Of a DNA stretch of 64,000 nt, positions 10,036 to 19,611 are shown one piece after another (the stretch's first letter is position 1; each line of letters starts with the position of its first letter). The notes under the pieces are model-generated. The model searched no databases. It saw only the letters and a program-made list of their open reading frames with translations, and was not told where the DNA came from. The position numbers and the translations under genes are program-made. Origin of the DNA: Acidobacteriota bacterium (GTDB lineage Bacteria > Acidobacteriota > Vicinamibacteria > Vicinamibacterales > 2-12-FULL-66-21); assembly GCA_031393955.1 (NCBI GenBank), contig JANMWI010000060.1, positions 2,694 through 66,693 of the forward strand, in the 5' to 3' direction.

Positions 10036-11360
10036 CAACGCATTCCCCCCATGCCGGGCATACTCTGCATGCCCTGCCCCGTCATCGGCTGCGACATGCG
10101 CATGTTCCACATCCGCCCCATGGTACCCGCTGGCGGCCGAAGCCGGAAGAAGACCTGGAACGAGACGGGATGCGCGCCGTGGCTGGCGGTGAGCGCTTCG
10201 GGGACGCCGTAGAAGGTCATCTGCGCGCCAACCCCGCCGGCAAAGCCGCGCCACCATAGCCGGGGCGCCAGATCGCGGACGCCGCCGATCGTTACGGCGC
10301 GCACGGGAGTGCGGAGAGACGGACCTGCCGGGGCGGCATGATGGTCGCCGAGCAGCAGTCCGGTTTCGACCTGAATGATCTCCCCGCGGCCGAAGACCGA
10401 TAGCCGGCCGGCGCGTCTCGTCGCTTCGACGAATGCCGCGTGGCGGGTCCCGGCCTCAGTGGCATTCGCGCCGTAGGCAGCCGTCACCGCCGTGTAATCC
10501 CCGCCGTGGCGGCGGAACCACGAGCCCGACATCGTCGTGCGCTGGATGTTGCCGGGTTCAAGGGTTTCGGGGTGCGTGAGGTGTCCGGTCGACACCTGGA
10601 ACTCCCAGGCCTCGACCGGCCGATACCAGACGCGCGCGGACACCGAGTCGAGACGGCCGAAGTCGAAGTCCCAACGGTTCTCGTCCGGCTCCCGGCCGTT
10701 GAAGAGTGAGCCCTCGACCACCCACGGCCCGCGATCGACCGCCGCCGTAATCACCCCGTAGGCGATGTGGGTCGAATCGAAGGTGTGATGCGAGAGCGCC
10801 GCCAGCGGGTTCTCCGCCGCTGAGGCGCGATGCATGAAGGCGACCGGGCCGAGCGCCGGCTCCCCTGCCGGAGCGCCAGCCAGCGTCAGGCCTGTGTCCT
10901 GGCCGATCGGCACCCGCCACACGGCCGCCAGCTGCATGAACAGATCGTGGGGATGCTGCCTGTCGATCACCGGCGCCCCGTTGAGCGCTTCTCCGACCTG
11001 GAAGATTTCCGCATAGCCGCGCTTCCCGACAGTCGCGGGGTCGAGGCTCAGCATCGCGTTGAGCGTCAGGCTCGAACTCTTCACTTTCCGGGTGGCCATG
11101 CCCATCCACCAGTTCGGCACCCGGAACTCGGTGTCCCCGCGCGGCCCGCCCTGCCGGTTGAGCATCGCGAACACCACTCCGTCCTGCATGAACGTCCATC
11201 CCGCGCCGGCCTCCGGCATCGACATATGCGGCTGCATGGCGGCGTCACTCGCGGGCGCCGCGGCGGGAACCGGCGAGGCCGGCTGCGCATGTAGAACCAC
11301 CGCCGCCCCGATCCACAGCAAGGCCGCGCAGCTACTCGAACGAACGAACTCCTTGATCAT
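10035..11360 (-). CDS. Putative outer-membrane beta-barrel protein, Met/His-rich (probable Cu/metal-related)
   Basis: Signal peptide, amphipathic strands, DRQHPHDLFMQL and SHHTFDSTH motifs, Met-rich termini; GAGGGA SD-like site before the ATG at 11360. Confidence 0.7.
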   Translation of the reverse strand: MIKEFVRSSSCAALLWIGAAVVLHAQPASPVPAAAPASDAAMQPHMSMPEAGAGWTFMQDGVVFAMLNRQGGPRGDTEFRVPNWWMGMATRKVKSSSLTLNAMLSLDPATVGKRGYAEIFQVGEALNGAPVIDRQHPHDLFMQLAAVWRVPIGQDTGLTLAGAPAGEPALGPVAFMHRASAAENPLAALSHHTFDSTHIAYGVITAAVDRGPWVVEGSLFNGREPDENRWDFDFGRLDSVSARVWYRPVEAWEFQVSTGHLTHPETLEPGNIQRTTMSGSWFRRHGGDYTAVTAAYGANATEAGTRHAAFVEATRRAGRLSVFGRGEIIQVETGLLLGDHHAAPAGPSLRTPVRAVTIGGVRDLAPRLWWRGFAGGVGAQMTFYGVPEALTASHGAHPVSFQVFFRLRPPAGTMGRMWNMRMSQPMTGQGMQSMPGMGGMR

Positions 11361-11382
11361 TTCCGGTCCCTCGACTCGCACG

Positions 11383-11425
11383 TGAAGACACGTCGTCCGT
11401 CAGGCGCGCCGTGACGAACGCTTCA
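11383..11425 (-). promoter_or_regulatory. Stem-loop between the leader ORF and the OM-protein RBS
   Basis: On the minus strand TGAAG-CGTTCGTCA...TGACGGACG-...-CTTCA. The single mismatch is a U-G wobble only on the minus (transcribed) strand. Confidence 0.45.
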
Positions 11426-11442
11426 GAGAGCTGAGGTCGGGA

Positions 11443-11823
11443 TCAGACGCGAAGCGGAATACTGAACGGGTGCGAGCGGGCGGAGGGTGGTCTCGCGCGA
11501 CTAATCGTGACGGCGGCCGGGACGCCGGGGCGCGACATCGTCGTCGGCGGCGCCACGAAAGCCTGGAGTCCGAGCAGCTCGAATTTCGGAGCCGACGGCG
11601 GGCCGGTCAGATTCCCATCAGCATCGTGATGATGGATGCACGTGCCCATCGAGGCCGCCGGCGAGGCGGGGCGAGCCGGACCGTCGCAATGCCGTTCGCC
11701 GGCAATCACGTTGCTGGTTGCGGCCGGGCGCATGCAGCGGATCAGGCAGGCGTCCAGCGCCAGCGGCAACGCCACGAGCGTCAGGACCACGAGCAACGCC
11801 AGCCGTCGACACGCGAGAGTCAC
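11443..11823 (-). CDS. DUF2946/CruR-like Cys/His-rich leader protein
   Basis: Hydrophobic N-terminus, then CLIRC, HC, CIHHHD, RARPP near the C-terminus and an ...IPLRV end. TATGAT box 6 nt before GTG 11823. Confidence 0.6.
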   Translation of the reverse strand: MTLACRRLALLVVLTLVALPLALDACLIRCMRPAATSNVIAGERHCDGPARPASPAASMGTCIHHHDADGNLTGPPSAPKFELLGLQAFVAPPTTMSRPGVPAAVTISRARPPSARSHPFSIPLRV

Positions 11824-11893
11824 CACTCGATCATAGCGCGAACGATGGAGGAAATGCCGTCTCGAATGGTCGAGGTGGTACGTGTCGCGGTCG

Positions 11894-12334
11894 CTATGTC
11901 GTGTCGAAGCAGCCTTCGAACGAGTACAGCAGGTTCTTCCGCTCCCGGCCGGCTGCATCGGCGATCGTCGGTCCGCCCAGCTGCGCTTCCGCGCTGTCGA
12001 CGGTGGCGCTGTAGCAGCCGTCGGCCGCCACCGCGAGGTCGTAGGTGTCGCGCATGACGCCGCTGTTTGGGCCGTGCCAGACGAGCGTGCAGATCCAGTC
12101 GCCAGCGCCGGCGCCGGTGGTGCCGGCAGTGACCTTCCGGCAGCTGGCGGTGACGGTAATATCGGAAGCGGGCAGGCGAGCCAGCCCGAGCTGCGAGAGC
12201 TGGGCCTCGACGAGATTCGCGAAGGTCGGCGCGACGGCGCGCTCGATCCGGGCGGACGTGATCGGGCTCGCCCCGCAGCCGGCGGCGGCCAGGACGACGC
12301 CGCATGCCGCCATCCGCCGGTGCAGCGTCTTCAT
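11894..12334 (-). CDS. Hypothetical lipoprotein associated with the ABC transporter
   Basis: ATG overlaps the permease stop (ATGA). Lipobox-like LAAAGC; four further Cys in the mature part. Confidence 0.7.
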   Translation of the reverse strand: MKTLHRRMAACGVVLAAAGCGASPITSARIERAVAPTFANLVEAQLSQLGLARLPASDITVTASCRKVTAGTTGAGAGDWICTLVWHGPNSGVMRDTYDLAVAADGCYSATVDSAEAQLGGPTIADAAGRERKNLLYSFEGCFDTT

Positions 12335-13149
12335 CCGGCGATGTCCCGGCGCTGCAGCGCCCGATATGCGAGCGCGAGGCACACCACGACACAGGTGACG
12401 CTCACCGCCGCGCCGTCAATCAGCGGACGATAGTAGCGATGCTCCTGCAGGAGCCCGTGCCAGGCGCCGAACGCGGAGGTCATCTGCAGGCGCCGGAACG
12501 TGTCCGCGCCGTCTGCGAGCGCGAGCAGTTGCATCAGCAGCGCGGCGACCACCGGCACCCCGACACCGGCGGCGCCGCTCCGGGTGGCCGCCGATACCAG
12601 GATGGCCACGGCCAGGAAGCCGAACGCCGGCGGCAGCGCGGAGGCCCACGCGATAGCCACGCCACCGAGCGCCCTGGCGGGCAGGAGGACGACTCCCGAC
12701 AGATCGACGAGCGGCTGATGTCCGACGAGCAGCAGGCCGGCCGCCAGACTGCCGGCCGCCAGCGCCGTGATAGCCAGCAGCGAGAAGCCGAGCGCCGCGA
12801 GCACTTTGCCTGTGAACAGCTCCGCCCGGCTGCGCGAGCGCGTCAGGATGGTCGTCCAGGTGCGGTGCCGATCTTCACCGGCGAACAGGTCGCCGCCGAT
12901 GACGCTGGTGACGACCGGGAGGCCCCACAGTCCCGCGAAACCCAGCACCACGAGCGGCGTCGCGAAGCCCGAATCCCTGAGCGCGCGGCCATACAGCGTG
13001 TCCTCGGGCAGACTGGCCTGCAGCCGCACGACCTCGAGAAACGCAAATGGCCCAAGCATGCACACGCCCAGCAGAATCTGGACGGCCGGCTGCGCACCGA
13101 GCTTCGCGCTCTCCACGCCCGCGACCGCCAGGGCGCCGCGCAGGCTCAT
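12331..13149 (-). CDS. ABC-2 type transporter permease
   Basis: About six TM segments; GDLFAGEDRHRTWTTILTRSRSR...GK signature of ABC-2 exporters. Confidence 0.85.
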   Translation of the reverse strand: MSLRGALAVAGVESAKLGAQPAVQILLGVCMLGPFAFLEVVRLQASLPEDTLYGRALRDSGFATPLVVLGFAGLWGLPVVTSVIGGDLFAGEDRHRTWTTILTRSRSRAELFTGKVLAALGFSLLAITALAAGSLAAGLLLVGHQPLVDLSGVVLLPARALGGVAIAWASALPPAFGFLAVAILVSAATRSGAAGVGVPVVAALLMQLLALADGADTFRRLQMTSAFGAWHGLLQEHRYYRPLIDGAAVSVTCVVVCLALAYRALQRRDIAG

Positions 13150-14105
13150 GAGGCGGTCCTTCGGTCGGCGGGCTCGGTTCCCCGGGCATCGGCGGTGAGC
13201 TGCAGAAACATCGCCTCGAGCGAGCGCGCCCGGCGCTCCAGGCTGCGGACGGCGATGCCGGCCTGGCCGAGCGCCAGGACGAAGGTGTCGAGTGCGTCGA
13301 GGCCGGCCGACAGGCCGAAGCCCGTCCCCTCAGGCGGGACCGTGACGCGGACGCCGGAGTGACCGGCCGCGAGGCGGATCGCGGCGGCGTCGCTGCTGGT
13401 GTGCACGGCGTAGACGTCCGCCGGCGCGCGGCGCCGCAGCTCCGCGACCGCGCCCGCAACCACGACCCGCCCTTCGTGGAGAACCGTCACGACCGCGCAG
13501 AGCGCCTCGATTTCCGTCATGTCATGGCTGCTGAGGACCACCGCCGTCCCCTGCGCCGCCAGCCCAGCGAGCAGCGCGCGAATGTCGCGCGCACCGGCGG
13601 GATCGAGCGCATTCGTCGGCTCGTCGAGCAGCAGCAGCCGCGGCGCTCGCAGCAGCGCCGCCGCCAGAGCCAGACGCTGGCGCATGCCCGCGGAATAACC
13701 GGCGACATTCCGGTCGGCATGCGCCGCCAGGCCGACCTGCTCGAGGACGGACCCGCTCGTGCTGATGCGCGGCGCCGCCCCGCCGGCGTCGAGGCGCTCG
13801 AGCAGCCGGAGATTGTCGCGTCCCGATAGATAGGGATAGAACCCGGGCATCTCGACGAACCCGGCGATGCCCTCAGCCAGTCCTCGGCCGGTGTCGAGCG
13901 GGGCGCCGAGCAGGCTGATAGTACCGGTGTCAGGCCGGACGAGGCCGAGCAGGATGCGAAGCAGCGTCGTCTTGCCGGCGCCGTTCGGACCGAGGAGACC
14001 GTGCAGCTGCCCGGGACGGGCGATCAGGTCGACGCCGCCGAGCGCCTCCCGGTCTCCGTAGCGCTTGGACACACCGAGAGCCTCGAGCGCGAGTCGCTCC
14101 ACCAT
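13146..14105 (-). CDS. ABC transporter ATP-binding protein (exporter type)
   Basis: Walker A GPNGAGKTT, signature YSAGMRQRL, Walker B LLLLDEP, SSH switch. Start taken at MVERL. Confidence 0.92.
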   Translation of the reverse strand: MVERLALEALGVSKRYGDREALGGVDLIARPGQLHGLLGPNGAGKTTLLRILLGLVRPDTGTISLLGAPLDTGRGLAEGIAGFVEMPGFYPYLSGRDNLRLLERLDAGGAAPRISTSGSVLEQVGLAAHADRNVAGYSAGMRQRLALAAALLRAPRLLLLDEPTNALDPAGARDIRALLAGLAAQGTAVVLSSHDMTEIEALCAVVTVLHEGRVVVAGAVAELRRRAPADVYAVHTSSDAAAIRLAAGHSGVRVTVPPEGTGFGLSAGLDALDTFVLALGQAGIAVRSLERRARSLEAMFLQLTADARGTEPADRRTAS

Positions 14106-14219
14106 GCAGACCTGAAAGTATCGCACACGCGCCGCAGGTAAATTGCCCACGCGTCTGCGTCGTAACCTCTCAGAGACTGGTAATGCCGGCTCACTGTCGA
14201 GCTCGGCGAGAGGTGCGAC

Positions 14220-15560
14220 GTGCGGACAACGACATTAGCGCGATGGGCACTGGCCGCATCCGTGACCGGCGCTCTGGTCCTGACGGGGATCTGGCCATCG
14301 CCGAATGCGTCCGACGCGGGCTGGCGCCGGACGCGCGTGTCGGCCGCGCAGCACATCCCGGTCATGCCGCGTCCCTCGCCGGTCCAGCACGACGCATTCC
14401 GGGCGAAGATTCAGCACATCGTCTACATCATCAAGGAAAACCGATCCTTCGATAATTTATTCGGCACCTTTCCGGGAGCTGACGGTGCGACCAGTGGCGT
14501 GATCTCGACCGGCGAGCGGATCGCGCTTGGCCATACGCCGGATCGGACGGCGCATGACCTGGGCCACACGTGGGCCGACACCCACACCGCAATCAACGAC
14601 GGCCGGATGGATCGATTCGATCTCGTCGAGCAGGGGAACGTCGACGGGGACTTCCTGAGCATGTCCCAGCACGTCGCGTCGGACATTCCCAACTACTGGC
14701 GCTACGCCGAGCAGTTCGCGCTCGGCGATCACATGTTCGAGGCGGAGGCGGCCGAGAGCTTCCCGAATCACCTCTATGCGGTGTCGGGGCAGGCCGGCGG
14801 CATCATCAGCAACCCCAACTCGCTCAGATGGGGCTGCGATGCTGACGAAACCCGCACCAAGGTGCAGATCCTCGACGCCGCCGGCAACACGACGACTCAG
14901 TTCCCCTGTTTCGACTTCCTGACAGTGGCGGATCGCCTGGAGAGCGCCGGCGTGTCCTGGCGGTATTACGCGCCCGTCGCGACGCAGGTGGGATACATCT
15001 GGTCGGTGTTCGACGCGATCCGGCACATCCGCGCCTCGCCGCTGTGGGACGAGCGCGTGGTGCCGTACGGCCAGTTCCTGGAGGACGCGGCCGAGGGGAC
15101 GCTGCCGGCCGTGAGCTGGCTGGTGCCCGACTGGTCGGTCAGCGACCACCCGACGCGTCCCATTCCCGGCGGTCCCCCGACCGTCAGCCTGTGCGAGGGG
15201 GAGAACTGGACGGTCCAGAACATCAATGCCATCATGCAGGGCGCGGACTGGCCGACCACCGCCATCGTGTTGACCTGGGATGATTTCGGCGGTTTCTACG
15301 ACCACGCGCCGCCGCCCCGCGTCGACCAGTACGGCCTCGGGCCGCGCGTCCCGCTGATCGTCATCTCTCCTTACGTCAAGGAAGGGATCGTGTCGCACAC
15401 GGTCTACGAGACCGCATCGGTGTTACAGTTCATCGAAACACGACATCGGCTGAAGGCCTTATCCAGGCGCGACGTGGAGGCCAACAGCCTGCTTGACATG
15501 TTCGACTTCTCGCAGGTGCCAGCGCCGCCTCTGGTCCTGCCGCTGCGTGATTGTTCCTGA
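14220..15560 (+). CDS. Phosphoesterase (phospholipase C/acid phosphatase AcpA family), paralog 1
   Basis: Signal peptide; KENRSFD, SFPNH, LPAVSW and [10 protein letters not shown]...GPRVP motifs. Confidence 0.88.
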   Translation: MRTTTLARWALAASVTGALVLTGIWPSPNASDAGWRRTRVSAAQHIPVMPRPSPVQHDAFRAKIQHIVYIIKENRSFDNLFGTFPGADGATSGVISTGERIALGHTPDRTAHDLGHTWADTHTAINDGRMDRFDLVEQGNVDGDFLSMSQHVASDIPNYWRYAEQFALGDHMFEAEAAESFPNHLYAVSGQAGGIISNPNSLRWGCDADETRTKVQILDAAGNTTTQFPCFDFLTVADRLESAGVSWRYYAPVATQVGYIWSVFDAIRHIRASPLWDERVVPYGQFLEDAAEGTLPAVSWLVPDWSVSDHPTRPIPGGPPTVSLCEGENWTVQNINAIMQGADWPTTAIVLTWDDFGGFYDHAPPPRVDQYGLGPRVPLIVISPYVKEGIVSHTVYETASVLQFIETRHRLKALSRRDVEANSLLDMFDFSQVPAPPLVLPLRDCS

Positions 15561-15636
15561 TCCACGCTGGGCGTCTCGTCGCTCGGACACGGGTCGGTTG
15601 CGAGGCACCCTTAGGCTGAAGCTGGATCGGGTAGTT

Positions 15637-16428
15637 ATGATTCCACGCGTCACACCCCGGCTGGCAGCGTTCCTGCGTCTTGTCGTTCTCAGCCGGCCGG
15701 CTCCGATGGCCCTCGTGTCGGCGCTGGTCCTGACGGCTGTCACGCCGGCGCTGGCGCAAAGCCCGCCGACTGACCGCGTCGCCGTGTCGCTCACCGGCGG
15801 CTACCTGCTGACCGAGCGGACGTTCTCCCAGTCGGTCACGTTCGAGGAGTATTCCGAGGAAGGGTCGCTGACCACCGCCTATACGGTCACGCGGCACCCG
15901 ACCGCGGACGCCGGCGTCACGGTACGGCTGTGGCGGCATTTCGGTCTCGGGCTGGCGGGTTCGTACCTCCACGAATCCGGATCCGCGCAGGTCACCGCGC
16001 TGCTCCCCCACCCCTTCCAGTTCGGGCAGCCCCGCCAAATCTCGGGCCCTGCCGGCGCCGCGCATAACGAACTGGCCGTGCATTTCCAGGCGGCGTACTG
16101 GGCGCAGCTCGGGCCGCGCCTCGCCGTCATCGTCTCAGGCGGCCCGTCCGTCTTCACAGTCGACCAGGACTTCGTCGCCGATGTCGCCTTCAGCGCGACC
16201 GAGCCGTACGACACGGCGACCTACGACGGCGCCACGGTCCTGCGTCAACGCCAGACGGCCACCGGCGGCAACATTGGCGGCGACGTCGGGTGGCGCCTCA
16301 CGAGGCATCTCGCCGTTGCCGGCGCGCTGCGATATGCGCGCGCCACGGCGACGTTTCCAGAGTCGGGCGCCGGGCCCGTATCCGTCGGCGGAGTGCACGC
16401 CGGCGCCGGACTGCAGCTGCTCTTCTAA
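15637..16428 (+). CDS. Small outer-membrane beta-barrel protein
   Basis: Signal peptide ending ALA-Q, amphipathic strands, C-terminal GAGLQLLF. Start uncertain (15637 or the downstream MALVS). Confidence 0.7.
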   Translation: MIPRVTPRLAAFLRLVVLSRPAPMALVSALVLTAVTPALAQSPPTDRVAVSLTGGYLLTERTFSQSVTFEEYSEEGSLTTAYTVTRHPTADAGVTVRLWRHFGLGLAGSYLHESGSAQVTALLPHPFQFGQPRQISGPAGAAHNELAVHFQAAYWAQLGPRLAVIVSGGPSVFTVDQDFVADVAFSATEPYDTATYDGATVLRQRQTATGGNIGGDVGWRLTRHLAVAGALRYARATATFPESGAGPVSVGGVHAGAGLQLLF

Positions 16429-16448
16429 AACCGTAGCCGGTTGAAACG

Positions 16449-17825
16449 GTGACGCGCGCACACCGCAATCCGCGGCAGGCCGACAAGGGATCGAAGTTGA
16501 ACAAGTATCTCGGGCGTATCCTCGGCAGCGCAGCGCTGGCCGCGCTGCTGATCGGTTTCTCGTCCAGTCCGGCGGCGCCGAACGTCGACGCGCAGACCCC
16601 GTCGTTCAGGACCCGCCGCATCCCGGTCATTCCGGCGCCGCCGCCCAGCAACCTGAACGACTTTCGCGCCAGGATTCAGCACATCGTCTTCATCGTCAAA
16701 GAGAACCGATCGTTTGATACGTATTTCGGGACGTTTCCGGGCGCCGACGGCGCGACGACGGGGCTGATTTCGACCGGCCAGCGGATCCAACTGCGCCGCG
16801 CGCCGGATCGGATGACCCGGGATATCGGCCACGACTGGGAAGACGCCCGCCGCGCGATGAACAACGGCCAGATGGACCGCTTCGACCTCGTCCGCGACGG
16901 CAACGTGAAGAACGACTTTCTCAGCATGACGCAGTCGCTTGCCTCGGACATTCCGAACTACTGGAGCTACGCCAGTCATTTCACCCTCGCCGATCGCATG
17001 TTCTCATCCCTCGCGGGACCAAGCTTCCCCAACCACCTGTACACCATCGCCGGGGAGTCGGGCGGCGCCATCAATAATCCCAACTCGCTCAGGTGGGGCT
17101 GCGACTCCGACATCCGGACCACCGTCGAGGTGGTCGAGCCGAACGGTGAAGTGGCGAGGCGATACCCGTGCTTCGACTTCCGCACCGTCGGCGACAACCT
17201 CGAGGCCGCCGGCGTGTCGTGGCGCTACTACGCCCCCTCGCAGGGGCAGCACGGCTACATCTGGTCGGCCTTCGACGCCATCCGGCACATCCGGCAGGGG
17301 CCGCTGTGGCAAACCCGCGTCGTCCCGTTCCAAGGGTTCGTCAAGGATGCGACCAACGGTACGCTGCCGGCGGTGAGCTGGCTGATTCCCGACTTCGACA
17401 TCAGCGAGCACCCGACCGTCGATGCCTTCGCCGGCACGACGATGAGCGTCTCGGTCTGCGAGGGGGAAAACTGGACGGTGCAGCAGATCAACGCGATCAT
17501 GCGCGGGCCCAACTGGCCGACGACGGCAATCGTGCTGACGTGGGATGACTTCGGCGGGTTCTACGATCACGTCGCGCCGCCGCGGCTCGATCACCTCGGG
17601 CTCGGGCCGCGGGTGCCGCTGATCGTCATCTCGCCGTATGCGCGCGAGCAGACGGTCTCACACACCACCTATGAATTTGCGTCGGTGCTGCAGCTCATCG
17701 AGAACCGCTACAAGCTGAAGGCGCTGTCGAGGCGCGAGGTCGAGGCCAACAGCCTGCTCGATATGTTCGATTTCTCGCAGCCGGCGGCCCCGCCGCTGAT
17801 CCTGCCGACCCGGAAGTGCTCGTAG
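16449..17825 (+). CDS. Phosphoesterase (phospholipase C/acid phosphatase AcpA family), paralog 2
   Basis: Same motifs as paralog 1 ([24 protein letters not shown]). True start may be TTG at 16497. Confidence 0.88.
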   Translation: MTRAHRNPRQADKGSKLNKYLGRILGSAALAALLIGFSSSPAAPNVDAQTPSFRTRRIPVIPAPPPSNLNDFRARIQHIVFIVKENRSFDTYFGTFPGADGATTGLISTGQRIQLRRAPDRMTRDIGHDWEDARRAMNNGQMDRFDLVRDGNVKNDFLSMTQSLASDIPNYWSYASHFTLADRMFSSLAGPSFPNHLYTIAGESGGAINNPNSLRWGCDSDIRTTVEVVEPNGEVARRYPCFDFRTVGDNLEAAGVSWRYYAPSQGQHGYIWSAFDAIRHIRQGPLWQTRVVPFQGFVKDATNGTLPAVSWLIPDFDISEHPTVDAFAGTTMSVSVCEGENWTVQQINAIMRGPNWPTTAIVLTWDDFGGFYDHVAPPRLDHLGLGPRVPLIVISPYAREQTVSHTTYEFASVLQLIENRYKLKALSRREVEANSLLDMFDFSQPAAPPLILPTRKCS

Positions 17826-17898
17826 GAGCGCGCGCGCACGCTGGGGTGCCGTGCCGGTCAGGGCACAACCATTCGGCTGTGTCTGGTTCCTCTGCCCT

Positions 17899-19611
17899 CT
17901 AGCTGTGAGAATTGCTGTCCGGCACGGCGCGGACGCCGAGAAAGCGGACGACGTCGCGCAGCGTGACGACGCCGAGCGCCCGGGCGCCGTCGTCGCGGCT
18001 CAGGATCGGCAGCATGCCGCTGCCGGCGGCGAGCCGCTCGAGGACGATGTCGGAGGGGTGGTCGGGGTGGGCGTGGACGAGCGCGTCGTCGAGCAGAGTC
18101 CGGACCGGCTCGCTGCCCTGCCCCGACGCCATCGCATCGGCGACGCGGGCGGTCGAGACGGCTCCTTCAATCCGCTCGGCGGTGCCGATCAGCCATCCGA
18201 CCGCGTCCCGGCGCGGCGCCTGGTGCCACAGCGTCGCGATGGCCGCGTCTCCTGGCGCCAGCGGCGGCGGTGCGGTCATGACGTCGGCCGCTGTCCATGT
18301 CGTCGGCAGCCCCCGGGTGAGCGCGGTCGGCAGGTGGATGTCGTCCTGCTTGAGCAGGGCATGGTAGACCGGCGTCGGCTGGTAGCGCCGCGAGATCACG
18401 AATGCCAGCAGGTTGGCGACCATCAGTGGGACGAGGATCTGGTAGTCCTGGGTGATCTCGAAAATCATGAAGACCGAGGTCATCGGCGCGCGGATGATGC
18501 CGGCAAACAGCGTCCCCATCCCGACCAGCGCATACGCGCCGGGATCGGCGGTCGGAAACGGCGCGATGCGATGGACGAAGGTGCCGAGCGCGCCGCCGGC
18601 CATCGCGCCGATATACAGCGACGGCGCAAATATGCCGCCGGCGTTGCCGGATGAATACGAGACAATCGTCGCGACGATCTTCAACCCGCACAGCAGGACC
18701 ATCATCCGGACCGCCATCCCGCCGTTGAGCGCCTGGTCGACATACTCGTAGCCGACGCCGCGGACCTGCGGCGCGACGAGCAGCAGCGCGCCGATGCCGA
18801 GGCCGCCGAGCGCCGGCTGCAGCATCCGCGACCAGCCCGGCATCCGCTGGAACGCCGCCCGGGCGCCGAGCAGGGTCTTGCAGAACACCACCGAAATAAT
18901 CCCGCCGGCAATCCCGAGCGCTCCGTAAGCGAGCAGCTCCGCCGGGTGCTGCAGGTGATAGGTCGGCACGCGAAACAGCGGCTCGTTGCCGAGGATCGAT
19001 CGCTCGACGATGACGGCCGCGACGGAGGCGACGACGGTCGAGCCGAGCAGTCCGGCGTTCAGATCGCCGATGATCTCCTCGAGCGCGAACAGCACCGCCG
19101 CGACCGGCGTGTTGAAGGCGGCCGCCAGCGCCCCGGCGGCGCCGACCGCCAGCAGATCCCGTTGCCGGGCCCGTGGCAGGTTGAGCCATTGCCCGACCGC
19201 CGAGGCGAGTCCGGCGCCAATCTGTACCGACGGACCCTCCCGGCCCATCGAATGCCCGGAGCCGATGCAGAGCACGCCGGTCAGGAACTTGCCGAACGGC
19301 ACCCGCCGCGGAATGATCCCGCCGTGCAGGTGATACGCCGCCTCGGTCTGCGGCACGCCGCTGCCGCGCACCCCGGGGAAGACCTTGACGAGCAGGATCC
19401 CGGTCAGCACGCTCACCGCAATCGGGACGATGAACATCCGCGCCGCGCTCGGGTCGAGGCCGAACAGCAGCCGCGTGACGCGGTCAATCGCCACGGTGAA
19501 CAGCACCGCCGACAGGCCGGCAAGGATGCCGACGACGATGGTCAGGGCGAGAAAGATCTGGTGTTCGCGCAGGCGCAGCTGCTGCGGCGAGATGGTGCGA
19601 AAAAACTTCAC
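17899..19611 (-). CDS. ClC family chloride channel/H+:Cl- antiporter with degenerate C-terminal CBS domains
   Basis: GSGVP, GREGP, FNTP, ALEE, GIFAP and PVY motifs. Confidence 0.92.
   Translation of the reverse strand: MKFFRTISPQQLRLREHQIFLALTIVVGILAGLSAVLFTVAIDRVTRLLFGLDPSAARMFIVPIAVSVLTGILLVKVFPGVRGSGVPQTEAAYHLHGGIIPRRVPFGKFLTGVLCIGSGHSMGREGPSVQIGAGLASAVGQWLNLPRARQRDLLAVGAAGALAAAFNTPVAAVLFALEEIIGDLNAGLLGSTVVASVAAVIVERSILGNEPLFRVPTYHLQHPAELLAYGALGIAGGIISVVFCKTLLGARAAFQRMPGWSRMLQPALGGLGIGALLLVAPQVRGVGYEYVDQALNGGMAVRMMVLLCGLKIVATIVSYSSGNAGGIFAPSLYIGAMAGGALGTFVHRIAPFPTADPGAYALVGMGTLFAGIIRAPMTSVFMIFEITQDYQILVPLMVANLLAFVISRRYQPTPVYHALLKQDDIHLPTALTRGLPTTWTAADVMTAPPPLAPGDAAIATLWHQAPRRDAVGWLIGTAERIEGAVSTARVADAMASGQGSEPVRTLLDDALVHAHPDHPSDIVLERLAAGSGMLPILSRDDGARALGVVTLRDVVRFLGVRAVPDSNSHS

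Noticed and set aside
14220-14400. Tat signal in the phosphoesterases
   Set aside because: The RR pairs come after the hydrophobic region and lack the SRRxFL context; Sec export is more plausible.
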